Counted from the stretch's first letter, positions 11,143 to 23,514 are shown. The stretch is DNA of 64,000 bases from Aulosira sp. ZfuVER01 (GCA_034530615.2 JAVRCV020000031.1:64001-128000), one strand, 5' to 3'. Notes: a model not told the origin generated them from the letters alone. Translations and numbers: made by a program.

Positions 11143-12192
11143 ATGACTCAAGCGCCCGAATCTTTAGGTTTGTCCAACAATTACGCTGGGGATAAGACTT
11201 TAGATAGAGATTGTACAACCTTATCCCGTCACGTCTTACAGCAATGTCAAAGTTTTTCCGCAGAGGCGCAGGATTTGAGTGCCCTCATGAATCGAATTGG
11301 TTTGGCAGGCAAACTCATTGCCCGTCACCTTAGCCGTGCTGGCTTAATGGAAGGTGTTCTCGGGTTTACTGGGGAAGTTAACGTGCAGGGTGAATCCGTC
11401 AAAAAGATGGATGTTTATGCCAATGAGGTATTCATAGCTGTTTTTAAGCAAAGTGGCCTAGTTTGTCGTTTAGCTTCCGAGGAAATGGACAAACCCTATT
11501 ACATCCCAGAAAACTGTCCTATTGGCCGCTATACTTTGCTATACGATCCAATTGATGGCTCCTCAAACACCGATAACAATCTCAGTTTGGGTTCTATTTT
11601 TTCCATTCGGCAGCAGGAAGGCGACGATACCGATGGCAAGGCCATTGACTTGCTGACCAATGGACACAAGCAACTTGCCGCAGGATACATACTCTATGGA
11701 CCCAGTACAATGCTGGTCTATACTATAGGTAAGGGCGTTCACTCATTTACTCTTGATCCCAGCTTGGGTGAGTTTATCCTCACAGAAGAAAATATTAAAA
11801 TTCCCAATCACGGTTCGGTGTACAGCGTGAATGAAGGGAATTTTTGGCAGTGGGAAGAATCAATTCGGGAATATATCCGCTATGTTCATCGCACAGAAGG
11901 CTATACAGCTCGCTATAGTGGGGCAATGGTGAGCGATATCCATAGAATTTTAGTTCAAGGCGGAGTGTTTCTTTATCCAGGCACAATTCAAAAACCAGAA
12001 GGCAAATTGCGCCTGCTTTATGAAACTGCACCCCTAGCATTTGTAATTGAGCAAGCAGGAGGTCGAGCTACCACAGGATTGGTAGATATCTTAGATGTAA
12101 TACCGAAAAAATTGCATCAGCGCACGCCTCTAATTATTGGTAGCAGAGAGGATGTAGCTAAGGTGGAGTCTTTTATTCAAAACGGTCACTAG
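11143..12192 (+). CDS. fbp: Class 1 fructose-1,6-bisphosphatase
   Basis: [33 protein letters not shown]. Confidence 0.97.
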   Translation: MTQAPESLGLSNNYAGDKTLDRDCTTLSRHVLQQCQSFSAEAQDLSALMNRIGLAGKLIARHLSRAGLMEGVLGFTGEVNVQGESVKKMDVYANEVFIAVFKQSGLVCRLASEEMDKPYYIPENCPIGRYTLLYDPIDGSSNTDNNLSLGSIFSIRQQEGDDTDGKAIDLLTNGHKQLAAGYILYGPSTMLVYTIGKGVHSFTLDPSLGEFILTEENIKIPNHGSVYSVNEGNFWQWEESIREYIRYVHRTEGYTARYSGAMVSDIHRILVQGGVFLYPGTIQKPEGKLRLLYETAPLAFVIEQAGGRATTGLVDILDVIPKKLHQRTPLIIGSREDVAKVESFIQNGH

Positions 12193-12285
12193 TACCGCAG
12201 TGCGGAAGTCAAAAGTCAAAAGGAATAGTTCATAGGCTTTTCATATATTTTGAATTACCTTTTTATTTCCGCCAAGCTGTGCTAG
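12189..12285. mobile_element. CTAG-ended miniature inverted-repeat element overlapping the fbp stop codon
   Basis: CTAGTACCGCAGTGCGGAA ... TTCCGCCAAGCTGTGCTAG (14/19 complementary); internal AAAAGTC heptamers. Confidence 0.55.
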
Positions 12286-12523
12286 TAGGGGCCACAAAAG
12301 CAACAATGATGCTTGCAGTATCCGCCACTAAGTAAGTAAAAGTTAATTATGGCGATTGGGAATGCAGAATAGCGCTTTTAAATCTTGAAGTAAACATTAT
12401 CTCAGCTGGTCGATGCGATAAGTGATTGGCAACGCCACAATTCAAAAGTCACCATCAATATTTTGATGGGTTTTGCCAACTTTACTTAAAAACATCATTA
12501 ACAGGAGTGAAATAAACACAGCT

Positions 12524-13669
12524 ATGGCAACCAATCATCTATTAGAGATTAAACAATACGGTCAAAGTATCTGGATGGATAATTTGAGCCGTGACATTAT
12601 TCAATCAGGCGAACTCAAAAATCTGGTTGAGAATCAAGGAATCTGTGGGATTACCTCTAACCCAGCCATTTTTGAAAAAGCGATCGCCGGCAATGTAATT
12701 TATGATGCCGATATAGAAGCCGGAGTCCGTGCTGGCTTACCCACATACAAAATTTATGAATCCCTAGCTTTTGCAGATATCCGCAATGCTTGTGATATTT
12801 TACGCCCTGTATATGAAGCCTCGAATAGACTAGATGGTTATGTGAGTATCGAAGTACCACCAACCATCGCCCATGATACTGAAGCTACAATAGCCGAAGC
12901 CTGCCGTTATTTCCAAGAAATTGGGCGGGAAAATCTAATGATTAAAATTCCTGGTACCGAATCTGGGTTGCCAGCAGTTGAACAGGTAATAGCTGAGGGC
13001 ATTAATGTTAATATCACACTGCTGTTCTCAGTAGAAAGCTACATTAACACAGCTTGGGCTTATATTCGCGGCTTAGAAAAACGGGTCAGTGAAGGTAAGG
13101 ACATCAGCAAAATAGCTTCCGTAGCTAGCTTCTTCCTCAGCCGAATTGACAGCAACATTGACGCCAAGATTGATGCTAAGTTGAAAAAAGGCGTTGATGA
13201 TATTGCCATCGAGGCAAGATTAAAAGCTGTGAAAGGGAAAGTAGCGATCGCCAATGCCAAGATTGCTTATCAAGAATACAAGAAAATTATTGAGAGCGAT
13301 CGCTGGCAAGCCTTAGCCGCGAAAGGAGCGAAAGTACAGCGCTTACTTTGGGCCAGCACTAGCACCAAAGACCCCAGCTACAGCGACGTGATGTATGTCG
13401 ATGAGTTGGTCGGCCCAGATACCGTCAATACTCTACCCCCTGCAACGATTACCGCTTGTGCAGATCACTGTGATGTCGCTAATCGCGTGGAAACAGGTAT
13501 AGAAGAAGCTTACAACCTGATAGAAAGCCTCAAAGATCCTGACATCAATATCGATATCGATAAAGTGATGGATGAACTGCTAGTTGAAGGAATTGACAAA
13601 TTTGTCCAGCCCTTCCAGTCATTAATGAACTCTTTAGAAGGCAAAGTCAAGCTATTGTCACCAGTGTAG
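12524..13669 (+). CDS. tal: Transaldolase (cyanobacterial/plant type)
   Basis: SIWMDNLSR, GITSNPAIF, NLMIKIP (catalytic Lys), NVNITLLFS, RLLWASTSTK; probable start MATNHLLE. Confidence 0.97.
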   Translation: MATNHLLEIKQYGQSIWMDNLSRDIIQSGELKNLVENQGICGITSNPAIFEKAIAGNVIYDADIEAGVRAGLPTYKIYESLAFADIRNACDILRPVYEASNRLDGYVSIEVPPTIAHDTEATIAEACRYFQEIGRENLMIKIPGTESGLPAVEQVIAEGINVNITLLFSVESYINTAWAYIRGLEKRVSEGKDISKIASVASFFLSRIDSNIDAKIDAKLKKGVDDIAIEARLKAVKGKVAIANAKIAYQEYKKIIESDRWQALAAKGAKVQRLLWASTSTKDPSYSDVMYVDELVGPDTVNTLPPATITACADHCDVANRVETGIEEAYNLIESLKDPDINIDIDKVMDELLVEGIDKFVQPFQSLMNSLEGKVKLLSPV

Positions 13670-13805
13670 GTGTTAGGGGATAGGGTAAGGGAGACAAGGG
13701 AGATGAGGGAGATGATGGGAAATAACCAATGCCCCATGCCCCATACCCCATGCCCCATTCCCAATCCCTCATTTTCAATCCAAAACTCCAAATCTCACAT
13801 CCCAA
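13670..13805. repeat. STRR heptamer/low-complexity repeats between tal and zwf
   Basis: CCCATGC/CCCATAC/CCCATTC tandem heptamers; GGGAGA-rich tract. Confidence 0.8.
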
Positions 13806-13811
13806 ATTGTT

Positions 13812-15341
13812 ATGGTTAGTCTGCTAGAAAATCCCCTGCGCGTTGGTCTGCAACAACAAGGGATGCCCGAACCCCAAATTATAGTTATCTTTGGCGCTTC
13901 AGGCGATCTTACCTGGCGCAAACTCGTACCAGCACTTTACAAATTGCGGCGGGAACGGCGCATTCCCCCAGAAACCACCATTGTTGGTGTGGCACGTCGG
14001 GAGTGGAGCCACGAATACTTCCGCGAGCAAATGCAGAAGGGCATGGAAGAGGCTCATAGTAGTGTCGAGCTAGGGGAACTCTGGCAAGACTTCTCTCAAG
14101 GTCTGTTTTACTGTCCTGGGGACATAGACAACCCTGAAAGCTACCAGAAACTTAAAGACTTATTGAGCGAACTAGACCAAAAACGGGGCACAAGGGGCAA
14201 CAGAATGTTTTACCTTTCTGTGGCTCCTAACTTCTTCCCCGAAGCTATTAGGCAGCTAGGGGGAGCAGGGATGCTAGACGACCCCTATAAGCACCGTCTG
14301 GTGATTGAAAAGCCCTTTGGTAGAGACTTAGCTTCTGCCAAGAGCCTGAATAAAGTTGTGCAGAAATACTGCAAAGAAAACCAGGTTTATCGTATTGACC
14401 ACTACTTAGGTAAAGAAACCGTTCAGAATTTACTAGTATTTCGCTTTGCCAATGCGATTTTTGAGCCTTTGTGGAATCGTCAGTTTGTTGACCACGTGCA
14501 AATTACCGTGGCAGAAACTGTAGGAGTGGAAGACCGAGCTGGGTACTACGAAAAAGCCGGGGCACTGCGGGATATGTTGCAAAACCACTTGATGCAACTT
14601 TACTGCTTGACTGCGATGGAAGCACCGAATTCAATGGATGCTGATAGTATCCGCACGGAAAAAGTTAAAGTGCTTCAGGCAACTAGACTGGCAGATGTGA
14701 ATAATTTGTCACGTTCCTGTATACGCGGTCAATACAGCGCTGGCTGGATGAAAGGGCTACCAGTACCTGGGTATCACCAAGAACCAGGAGTTGATCCTAA
14801 CTCGACAACACCCACCTATGTAGCGATGAAGTTTTTGGTGGATAACTGGCGCTGGCAAGGTGTGCCATTCTATCTGCGAACTGGTAAGCGGATGCCGAAA
14901 AAAGTTAGTGAGATTTCTATCCACTTCCGCGAAGTTCCGTCTCGGATGTTCCAATCTGCCGCACAACAGCGCAATGCCAATATCTTAGCGATGCGAATTC
15001 AACCGAATGAAGGAATCTCCCTGCGTTTTGATGTCAAAATGCCTGGGGCAGAATTCCGCACCCGTTCTGTTGACATGGACTTTAGCTATGGTTCTTTTGG
15101 TATCCAAGCAACTTCTGATGCCTACGATCGCCTATTCCTCGATTGTATGATGGGCGACCAAACATTGTTCACAAGGGCAGATGAAGTGGAAGCAGCTTGG
15201 CAGGTGGTCACACCCGCCCTTTCCGTTTGGGATGCACCCGCAGATCCAGCTACCATTCCCCAGTACGAAGCCGGTACTTGGGAACCAGCAGAAGCAGAAC
15301 TCTTGATAAATCAAGATGGTCGTCGCTGGCGCAGACTCTAA
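13812..15341 (+). CDS. zwf: Glucose-6-phosphate dehydrogenase
   Basis: [32 protein letters not shown]. Confidence 0.98.
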   Translation: MVSLLENPLRVGLQQQGMPEPQIIVIFGASGDLTWRKLVPALYKLRRERRIPPETTIVGVARREWSHEYFREQMQKGMEEAHSSVELGELWQDFSQGLFYCPGDIDNPESYQKLKDLLSELDQKRGTRGNRMFYLSVAPNFFPEAIRQLGGAGMLDDPYKHRLVIEKPFGRDLASAKSLNKVVQKYCKENQVYRIDHYLGKETVQNLLVFRFANAIFEPLWNRQFVDHVQITVAETVGVEDRAGYYEKAGALRDMLQNHLMQLYCLTAMEAPNSMDADSIRTEKVKVLQATRLADVNNLSRSCIRGQYSAGWMKGLPVPGYHQEPGVDPNSTTPTYVAMKFLVDNWRWQGVPFYLRTGKRMPKKVSEISIHFREVPSRMFQSAAQQRNANILAMRIQPNEGISLRFDVKMPGAEFRTRSVDMDFSYGSFGIQATSDAYDRLFLDCMMGDQTLFTRADEVEAAWQVVTPALSVWDAPADPATIPQYEAGTWEPAEAELLINQDGRRWRRL

Positions 15342-15556
15342 AATTTTAGATTTTAGATTGAGGACAAGGCAATTAGGTAATGAGTTACGGATAAATTGAA
15401 AGACCATTAACAGTTACCAATTACCAATTACCGATTCTTAATTCAAAATCTGAAATCACAAATCCAAAAGCCGGCGCTCCGACGCCAGATGCTTTCCGAC
15501 GCAAGGCGACAGGAATGCACTGGCTCGACTTTTCGCAAAATCCAAAATCCAAAATT
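15340..15556. repeat. STRR heptamers with an embedded GC-rich hairpin element between zwf and opcA
   Basis: TTTTAGA, TTACCAA and AAATCCA heptamers; GCCAGATGC...GCACTGGCTC hairpin at 15484-15526. Confidence 0.7.
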
Positions 15557-15560
15557 GACT

Positions 15561-16928
15561 ATGACTCAAGCTCCTACGATTTTCTCACTTCAAACACCAA
15601 AGGATATTTCGCTGACAGAAATAGAAGCGGAACTTAATCAAATTTGGCAAAGTTACGGCATCGCCGGGGAAGATGGTGCGCTTCCTGCGGCCACTCGCGC
15701 CACGACTTTTACTTTAGTGGTTTACGAACCAGAAGAAACTCAGTATTTGTTAGCGGCTTTAGGATTTTATAACGGGCCGATTGATGGGATTTTAGGGCCA
15801 CAAACAAAAGCAGCGCTACGGGAATTTCAAAAAAAATTTGAACTCCCCGAAACAGGAACCGCAAATCCAGAAACCCTAGCTATCTTGCGAGAACAATTTG
15901 CCAAAGGTCAGCGAAACGGGTCTATTGGGGAAAGTAGTGTTTCCTATGGTGTAGATGCAGCTAGCCCCAGGATTGCTGATGAGATTGCTATTCGCAACCC
16001 ATGTCGTATTATTGCGCTGTGTCCCATTGCCGGGGAAGACGAAGGTGTGAAAGCTCAAGTTTCTGCCTATTGCCCCATCCAAAAGCAATCTTCCAGTACA
16101 CTGATTTGCTGTGAATACATCACCTTGTCTGGAACTCCCAGCGCCTTGGAACGGATAGGCGGGATGATTCCAGCTTTGTTGATTGGTGGTTTGCCAAAGT
16201 TTCTCTGGTGGAAAGCAACACCAGACCCCAACAACTCTTTATTTAAGAAACTGGCTGCTGTTTGCAATAATGTCATCGTAGATTCTTGCAACTTTAACGA
16301 ACCAGAACACGATCTACTGAGCTTACAAGCGTTAGTAGAAAATGGTATACCTTTAGCTGATTTGAACTGGCGACGCTTGGCCGCATGGCAAGAATTGACA
16401 GCTCAAGCCTACGATTCACCTCATCGTTGCGCGGCTCTGAGAGACATTGATAGGGTTAACATTGATTACGAAAAAGGCAACCCTACACAAGCGTTGCTGT
16501 TTTTAGGTTGGCTGGCAAGTCGATTGCAATGGCAGCCAATTGCCTATGAAAAAGAAAGCGGAGACTATGATATAGCTAAAATTCGCTTTGTTGCCCAAGA
16601 CCAACTGCAAGTGGAAGCTGAAGTAGCAGGAGTTCCGGTGGCTGATGTAGGTGAAGTGGCTGGCGACTTGATTGCTCTACGTCTTAGCTCTACCAATCCC
16701 AAAGCAGACTGCGGTACAGTGATTTGCACTGAAACTGGTGGTTGTATGCGGATGGAAACACATGGTGGTGCCCAGTCCGCAGGTTTGTTTCAACAAGTCA
16801 GTTCACTTTCGGAACAAAAAGCAGAAGCATTGCTAAGTCAGCAGGTGCAGCGTTGGGGTCATGAGGCACTTTTTGAAGACAGCCTCGCAATAACAGCGCA
16901 ATTATTAAAGTTAGGACAGAAGAGTTAG
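15561..16928 (+). CDS. opcA: G6PDH assembly protein OpcA
   Basis: Follows zwf; IEAELNQIW, TRATTFTLVVY, PG-binding-like insert (GFYNGPIDGILGPQT), LPKFLWW, DLNWRRL. Confidence 0.96.
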   Translation: MTQAPTIFSLQTPKDISLTEIEAELNQIWQSYGIAGEDGALPAATRATTFTLVVYEPEETQYLLAALGFYNGPIDGILGPQTKAALREFQKKFELPETGTANPETLAILREQFAKGQRNGSIGESSVSYGVDAASPRIADEIAIRNPCRIIALCPIAGEDEGVKAQVSAYCPIQKQSSSTLICCEYITLSGTPSALERIGGMIPALLIGGLPKFLWWKATPDPNNSLFKKLAAVCNNVIVDSCNFNEPEHDLLSLQALVENGIPLADLNWRRLAAWQELTAQAYDSPHRCAALRDIDRVNIDYEKGNPTQALLFLGWLASRLQWQPIAYEKESGDYDIAKIRFVAQDQLQVEAEVAGVPVADVGEVAGDLIALRLSSTNPKADCGTVICTETGGCMRMETHGGAQSAGLFQQVSSLSEQKAEALLSQQVQRWGHEALFEDSLAITAQLLKLGQKS

Positions 16929-17080
16929 CTCAACCTGAAAATTAAATACTGCGATCGCCTCCAGATTTTAGGATATTTTTATCTCAATTCTGGAGGCATT
17001 TATCTCACCGTTATTTTTTATTAAAACGAGTCTACGGGTTCCTATACTAATTAAGACTTTCTCAAGACCTGTCTTTTTTT

Positions 17081-18502
17081 ATGGCTTTAGTAATTGCTGG
17101 AGAACGTAGTGGGGTGGGCAAGACAACAGTCACGCTCACCCTTTTAGCAGCTTTATGTCGTCGCGGTATTGGGGTGCAATCTTTTAAAGTCGGCCCGGAC
17201 TATATCGATCCGATGTTTCATCAACACGTGACTGGTCGTGCTTGTCGGAATTTAGACCCAGTGCTGACTTCTGAAGCTTACGTTCAGCAGTGTTTCGCTC
17301 ATCATAGCCAACAGAGTGAATATGCTCTGATAGAAGGCGTAATGGGGCTATTTGATGGCATTTCGTCATTTGTACAGGAACAAGAACGAATAAATGACTT
17401 TGCCAGTACAGCACACATCTCAAGGTTGCTGAATTTACCTGTGGTGTTGGTAATTGATTGCAGTCGCTTGTCTGGTTCTGTGGCAGCGATCGCTCATGGT
17501 TATTGCTCTTTTGATCCCAAAATTAAAATAGCTGGTTTAATACTTAATAGAGTCGGGAGCGATCGCCACCTTTCCCTACTCAAAAATTCCCTAGAATCAT
17601 TACAATTACCCATTCTTGGGGTACTGCGGCGTCAAGATAACATCACAATTCCCGATCGCCATTTGGGTTTAGTACCTACCGCCGAACTTCCCGAACTGGA
17701 TGCTGTCATCAATCGCCTTGCGGACTTAGGTGATGCTTGCTTTGAGTGGGAACGCTTGTTACCTCTGTTGAAGAGTGGGGATGAGGGGGACAAAAAATTC
17801 AAAATTCAAAATTCAAAATTCAAAATTAAGAAATGTTTTACATTGTCTAGTAACTCTGTGGTTAGAGTTGCAGTTGCTCGCGATCGCGCTTTTAATTTCT
17901 ACTATCAAGATAATTTAGATTTACTGCAACATTTGGGTGCAGAACTGGTTTTCTGGAGTCCGCTAGCTGATAGTGAATTACCAGAAAATGTGCAGGGAAT
18001 TTATTTTGGTGGTGGTTTCCCGGAAGTTTTTGCCCAGCAACTTGCAGAGAATACCAGCGTTCGTAACGCAGCGAAAACGGCAATTTTGCAGGGAATGCCA
18101 ACAATTGCTGAGTGTGGCGGATTGATGTATTTGTGCGAGCAAATTATCGATTTTGCTGGTAAATCTTGGCCGATGCTAGGAGTATTACCCACATCTGCGG
18201 AAATGGGAGGACGCTTAACTTTAGGTTATCGTCGCGCAGTCGCCTTACAAGATAGTCTGCTAGTTCCAGCAGCTACAAATGTTTATGGACATGAGTTTCA
18301 TCGTTCGCGGTTAATTTCAGCATCTCATCAACATTTGTTTGAAACTTACCGTTACGACTGCGAAGAAAATATGGGATTTGAAGGTTGGGCTTTACCTGCA
18401 AATATTCACGCTTCTTATATTCATTTACACTGGGGAGCAAGTGTAGAGATACCGCAGCAGTTTATTAATAAATGTCTGGAATTTCAATTGCATTTACGAT
18501 GA
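17081..18502 (+). CDS. cobB: Cobyrinate a,c-diamide synthase
   Basis: SGVGKTT, FKVGPDYIDP, EGVMGLFDG, GGGFPE, AECGGLMYL, GHEFH, ASYIHLHW. Confidence 0.95.
   Translation: MALVIAGERSGVGKTTVTLTLLAALCRRGIGVQSFKVGPDYIDPMFHQHVTGRACRNLDPVLTSEAYVQQCFAHHSQQSEYALIEGVMGLFDGISSFVQEQERINDFASTAHISRLLNLPVVLVIDCSRLSGSVAAIAHGYCSFDPKIKIAGLILNRVGSDRHLSLLKNSLESLQLPILGVLRRQDNITIPDRHLGLVPTAELPELDAVINRLADLGDACFEWERLLPLLKSGDEGDKKFKIQNSKFKIKKCFTLSSNSVVRVAVARDRAFNFYYQDNLDLLQHLGAELVFWSPLADSELPENVQGIYFGGGFPEVFAQQLAENTSVRNAAKTAILQGMPTIAECGGLMYLCEQIIDFAGKSWPMLGVLPTSAEMGGRLTLGYRRAVALQDSLLVPAATNVYGHEFHRSRLISASHQHLFETYRYDCEENMGFEGWALPANIHASYIHLHWGASVEIPQQFINKCLEFQLHLR
17794..17827. repeat. (AAAATTC)n STRR inside the cobB coding sequence
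   Basis: About 5 tandem heptamers translated as KFKIQNSKFKI. Confidence 0.85.
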
Positions 18503-18724
18503 TAAATAGAAGGCAGATGGCAGAAGGCAGATGGCAGAAGGGAAAAGATTAGCTATATCTATTTTCTGAATGATAGCCACCTATTTAAGAAGTTCATAGC
18601 AAACTTATATGATTTGTAAAAGAAGTAACAACGCCTAAACCCCTTATCAATGACAAATGACACCAAATTGAGATAGGTAGTATTATTTGAGATTTCTGGA
18701 ACTGTGGGATGGTAAAAGATTGTT

Positions 18725-18770
18725 AATCCAAAATCCAAAATCTAAAATCTAAAATCTAAAATCTAAAATT
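18725..18770. repeat. STRR (AATCT/CAA)n
   Basis: About 6 tandem heptamers. Confidence 0.85.
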
Positions 18771-18777
18771 GGTATGA

Positions 18778-19221
18778 CTAATGACTCGGGGAACTACCCA
18801 CATTAATGTTTTCATTCAACTTGCGAATTAGACGCGATAGCTCACGAATGATATTGACTGCGATTTCGGGAGTTTCTTCTATGGCATCATAAAGTTGCTC
18901 TTGCGTTAGTTCCAAACAATCACAAGGCTCCAAAGTTGTTGCGGAAGCAGAACGGGGTTGTGTGTCAAAAACTGCCATTTCGCCAAAGTACTTTCCCTTA
19001 TCTACCTCTGCCAATTTTTTATCGCCAATGTGAACTTTGACACGACCAGACACGACAATATAGAGCGATCGCCCTTCTTCTCCTTGCCTAAAGATGGCAT
19101 GATTAGATGGAAATGACAGCTCGTTCATCACGGAAGCAAGCCGCACAATAAAGTCATCCCGCAATTCCTTAAAAATGGGGACTCGCCGCACAAATAATAA
19201 ACGGTCAACACTGGTTAACAT
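18778..19221 (-). CDS. Stand-alone cyclic nucleotide-binding domain protein
   Basis: IFRQGE, LYIVVSGRV, FGEMAVFD..PRSASA. Confidence 0.92.
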   Translation of the reverse strand: MLTSVDRLLFVRRVPIFKELRDDFIVRLASVMNELSFPSNHAIFRQGEEGRSLYIVVSGRVKVHIGDKKLAEVDKGKYFGEMAVFDTQPRSASATTLEPCDCLELTQEQLYDAIEETPEIAVNIIRELSRLIRKLNENINVGSSPSH

Positions 19222-19396
19222 GATCGCGAGTTAAAAATCAAACATTATTTTAGGTCATTTTTAACTAGTTAGTAGGATAGCACCCCTGGTTAGCTGGGCG
19301 CAGAAGAGACAGTGCAGTCTTACGGGTTAACTGCCGTGAATGGAACACAGGACAATAATTGATAGCTGTAATTTAGCTAAAAGGTAGCTACCAAGA

Positions 19397-22300
19397 ATGT
19401 TTTGGAAATGGTGCTTAAGACTATTAATAGTATTCCTGGGGCTGTGGCTACTCTTAGAACTGGGTTCGCGGCTAGGAGTAGAAAGTTTCTGGTTTCAGGA
19501 AGTTGGCTATTTGCAAGTATTTCTGTTGAGGTTGGTGACTAGGGGCGGTTTATGGCTATTGGTAGTAAGTATAAGTGCTGCCTATATCCTGGGAAACCTG
19601 CGGTTGGCACAGCGGTTGAAGTATCCTCGGTTTCTGAAGATTGAGCAAGTTAGACGCGAGGAAGCAGAACTTAGTAGTGAACTCAAACACTTTATCAGTC
19701 CTCAGTATTCTAGAAGTGATGAAACCCAAGCACCGAATACGCGCCGTTTTATAACATTAAGATTGCGCTGGCTGCTATCTCTAGCTTTGGGATTGAGCTT
19801 GTTAGTAGGGTTGATGCTGGCTCACTACGCTCTGATTATTTGGTCGTATTGGTCTGCTGACGTTAACAAGGCTAGTCTACCTGTTAACGCGGTGTTAGAA
19901 CTAGAAACCTTCTGGCAGTTAGGAAGACAAATCATTTCCCAAGCCTGGTATCTTGGCTTAGTTGTGGGAATAGCGATCGCGATTTTAATTTATCCCCGAT
20001 TTTTGCTGAGGGCGATCGCTATTTTGTTGAGTTTCCTCTTTGGGCTGATAGCTTACCAAAATTGGGCAAAGGTGCTGCAATATTTTCATCCCACCGCTTT
20101 TAACAGCAACGATCCTCTATTTAGACGAGATATTAGCTTTTATATATTTTCCCTACCACTCTGGGAACTTTTAGAACTTTGGCTGATGGGGTTATTTTTG
20201 TACAGTTTTCTTGCTATTAGCCTCACCTATCTCCTATCAGCAGACAGTCTCAGTCAGGGAATTTTTCCTGGGTTTTCACCACCACAGCAGCGTCATTTAT
20301 ATGGTTTGGGTGGTGCATTGATGTTGCTGGTTGGTCTGAGTTATTTGTTGAGTCGCTATGAATTAGTGTATTCGTCCCGTGGGGTAAGTTATGGTGCTAG
20401 TTATACCGATGTTATGGCACAATTGCCAGCTTACAACATTTTGTGTGTGCTAGCAGTGGCGATCGCTTTCTACCTATTGTGGCGAACCATTTTCTGGAAA
20501 CCCAAATCTTCACTACGAAAATTTGTATTTTATGGATTAGGCATTTATCTGCTGTTAGTAGTAGTTGGTGGTTTTCTCATACCCACGCTGGTGCAATATT
20601 TAGTGGTTGAACCCAATGAATTACAACGAGAGCAACCTTATATTCAGCGTACTATTGCCTTGACGCGACAAGCATTCGATTTAGAAGCGATAGATGCGAG
20701 AATTTTTAACCCCCAAGGTCAATTAACTGAAGCAGATCTCAAAAAAAATGAACTAACAATTCGTAATATTCGCCTTTGGGATCAGCGACCATTGTTAGAA
20801 ACTAACCGTCAGTTGCAGCAAATTCGACCTTATTATCGGTTTCCTGATGCTGATATTGACCGCTACACTCTACAAACAGATATAATTGCCAGCCGACCAG
20901 CTGCACCACCAGCAAATCCCGAACAAAAACCTACAGTTAACACAGAACAACGGCAGGTATTAATTGCTGCGCGGGAGTTAGACTACAGTGCTGTACCCCA
21001 GCAAGCTCAAACTTGGGTAAACCGCCATCTCATTTATACCCACGGTTTTGGTTTTACCCTTAGCCCAGTGAATACAGTTGCACCGGGTGGATTACCTGAG
21101 TATTTTGTCAAAGATATTAGCGGTGATAGCAGCGCCCTCACAACCTCCAGTACAGCGATTCGCGATAGTATTCCTATTGGTCAGCCACGGATTTATTACG
21201 GTGAAATTGCTAATAACTATGTAATGACTGGTACAAGAGTTAGAGAACTCGACTATCCCAGTGGTAGCGACAATGTTTACAACACTTATGATGGACGAGG
21301 TGGAATTACCATTGGTGCAACCTGGCGGAAGTGGCTATTTGCCATGTATTTAAAAGATTGGCAGATGGCGCTGACAAGGGATTTTTTACCAGATACAAAA
21401 GTTTTGTTGCGACGAAATGTCAAGCAACGGATTCGAGCGATCGCACCTTTTTTACGATATGACAGTGACCCTTATTTAGTTGTCGCCAATGCCAATCTCG
21501 ACAATCAAGACTTCTCGACTAATCAAAATTATCTTTACTGGATTGTTGATGCCTACACAACAAGTCATCACTATCCCTACTCAGACACTGATAAGGATGG
21601 GATTAACTACATTCGTAATTCCGTCAAAGTTGTAATTGATGCTTACAACGGCACTGTTAACTTTTATATTGCCGATGCTAATGACCCGATAATTACCACC
21701 TGGCAGAAAATTTTCCCTAAACTATTTAAACCGTTGAGTACGATGCCTGCAACTCTCAGCAGCCATCTCCGCTATCCGGTAGACTTTTTCAAAATTCAAT
21801 CTGAACGGTTGATGACTTACCACATGACCGATACTCAGGTATTTTACAACCGGGAAGACCAATGGCAGATCCCTAACGAAATCTATGGCAGTAAAGCTCG
21901 TTCTGTAGAACCATATTATTTGATTACCAGCCTACCCAACGTATCCTTGGAAGAATTTATCCTGCTGCTGCCTTATACTCCCAAACAACGGACTAATTTA
22001 ATTGCTTGGTTAGCAGCGCGATCGGATGGCAAGAACTACGGTAAGTTGTTTTTATATGTCTTTCCTAAGGAACGCTTAGTTTACGGCCCAGAGCAAATTG
22101 AAGCCAGAATTAACCAAGACCCAGTAATTTCTCAGCAAATTTCTCTATGGAATCGCCAAGGTTCGAGAGTCATTCAGGGTAATCTCTTAGTGATACCGAT
22201 AGAACAATCCCTGCTTTACGTTGAACCAATTTATTTAGAAGCGACACAAAATAGCTTACCCACTCTAGTGCGGGTAGTCGTAGCTTATGAAAACCGAATT

Positions 22301-22408
22301 GTGATGGCCCAAACCTTAGAACAGTCGTTACAAGCAATCTTTCAACCACAAGTAACACCAGCCCCTGCTATTATCCGTCCTGTAGAGGAGGCTCCTTCAC
22401 CCAATTAG
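19397..22408 (+). CDS. UPF0182 family membrane protein
   Basis: [63 protein letters not shown]. Confidence 0.95.
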   Translation: MFWKWCLRLLIVFLGLWLLLELGSRLGVESFWFQEVGYLQVFLLRLVTRGGLWLLVVSISAAYILGNLRLAQRLKYPRFLKIEQVRREEAELSSELKHFISPQYSRSDETQAPNTRRFITLRLRWLLSLALGLSLLVGLMLAHYALIIWSYWSADVNKASLPVNAVLELETFWQLGRQIISQAWYLGLVVGIAIAILIYPRFLLRAIAILLSFLFGLIAYQNWAKVLQYFHPTAFNSNDPLFRRDISFYIFSLPLWELLELWLMGLFLYSFLAISLTYLLSADSLSQGIFPGFSPPQQRHLYGLGGALMLLVGLSYLLSRYELVYSSRGVSYGASYTDVMAQLPAYNILCVLAVAIAFYLLWRTIFWKPKSSLRKFVFYGLGIYLLLVVVGGFLIPTLVQYLVVEPNELQREQPYIQRTIALTRQAFDLEAIDARIFNPQGQLTEADLKKNELTIRNIRLWDQRPLLETNRQLQQIRPYYRFPDADIDRYTLQTDIIASRPAAPPANPEQKPTVNTEQRQVLIAARELDYSAVPQQAQTWVNRHLIYTHGFGFTLSPVNTVAPGGLPEYFVKDISGDSSALTTSSTAIRDSIPIGQPRIYYGEIANNYVMTGTRVRELDYPSGSDNVYNTYDGRGGITIGATWRKWLFAMYLKDWQMALTRDFLPDTKVLLRRNVKQRIRAIAPFLRYDSDPYLVVANANLDNQDFSTNQNYLYWIVDAYTTSHHYPYSDTDKDGINYIRNSVKVVIDAYNGTVNFYIADANDPIITTWQKIFPKLFKPLSTMPATLSSHLRYPVDFFKIQSERLMTYHMTDTQVFYNREDQWQIPNEIYGSKARSVEPYYLITSLPNVSLEEFILLLPYTPKQRTNLIAWLAARSDGKNYGKLFLYVFPKERLVYGPEQIEARINQDPVISQQISLWNRQGSRVIQGNLLVIPIEQSLLYVEPIYLEATQNSLPTLVRVVVAYENRIVMAQTLEQSLQAIFQPQVTPAPAIIRPVEEAPSPN

Positions 22409-22594
22409 TAATCCCACAGCAGATTTATCAAAAAAGCACGGCTCTCTCAAGGTCATCAAGAAAGACGATAGTTAACAATATTGCTTGGTAATCCTACAAT
22501 TTGACATATAATCTTTAAAAAATTCGGCTTTGAGCCATTTTTCTGAGCTTAGTTTCAGATTTTATAGTTTACAAAATTTCAAAACCTACCAAAA

Positions 22595-23215
22595 ATGAAC
22601 AAGTTTATACCATTGTTACTAAGTGTGGCTTTAGTTAGTAACACTGTCGCTTGTAGTAAGCCAAACACTCAAATTTCCAACAATGCTAATTCTACCCAAA
22701 CTAGCAATACTCAAAATTCGCAAGTATCTATACCAGCAGGCACTAACTTGGATACTGTTCTTCAAAAAGAACTATCTACTGGTAAAAATGCCAATAATGA
22801 AGCCTTTAGTCTGCGAGTCAGAAACTCTGTAAAGGGTGTAAAACCTGACTTAAAAGATGCTGAAATTCAGGGACATTTAGAAAATGTAGTCAAAGCAGCT
22901 AGAGGTAAAAAAGCCAGTTTAAATCTAGTGTTTGATGAGATTACATTCAGAAATGGGGAAACTTACCCGATTGATGCGGCTTTAGTAAATACTCAGATAG
23001 AAACAAAAACGAAAGGCAAATTCATCCAGAACGCTGGTTTGATTTTAGGCGGAGCAGTTGGAGGCCATTTCGTTGGCAAAAAAACTAATGTGAAGCATGG
23101 TGGTTTAGCAGGTGCTGCTGCTGCAACTGCTTATGTTCTATCTAGTCCTGGTGGGGAAGTAGTCCTCAAAAAAGGTACAAAAATCAATCTTAAACTCAAA
23201 TCTGCTCTCAAATAG
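22595..23215 (+). CDS. Putative lipoprotein with glycine-zipper segment
   Basis: Lipobox-like TVAC; SIPAGT...LSTGKN; GGAVGG/GAAAA helix pair. Confidence 0.65.
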   Translation: MNKFIPLLLSVALVSNTVACSKPNTQISNNANSTQTSNTQNSQVSIPAGTNLDTVLQKELSTGKNANNEAFSLRVRNSVKGVKPDLKDAEIQGHLENVVKAARGKKASLNLVFDEITFRNGETYPIDAALVNTQIETKTKGKFIQNAGLILGGAVGGHFVGKKTNVKHGGLAGAAAATAYVLSSPGGEVVLKKGTKINLKLKSALK

Positions 23216-23514
23216 TACACAATAAAACGTATTAAACAATTACTGCTGGCATAAAATGATGGGTTCTGTAGGAAAGTTTTGGTAGTCAAACAGGAGGTAA
23301 AAATTCATTGATAGCTACCACAATTGCCAGCAGTGATTTAGCTAAAATTTTTGCCAATTCTTAACTGCTTTTCAGGTTAATAGATTTCACCCAATAGTAT
23401 TAGCAACATACCTATTTGGGAAGAATGTTGTTAGCAGTCCGATCGCATGAATTTAAGTTTGTTACATTTGAGTTTGAGATTGGACATCAAGCAGCAACAA
23501 GTATTCAGGGACTG

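Noticed and set aside
13510..13791. 93-aa minus-strand ORF with GMGH repeats (also 47775-48095)
   Set aside because: Translation of STRR heptamers plus antisense of a real gene
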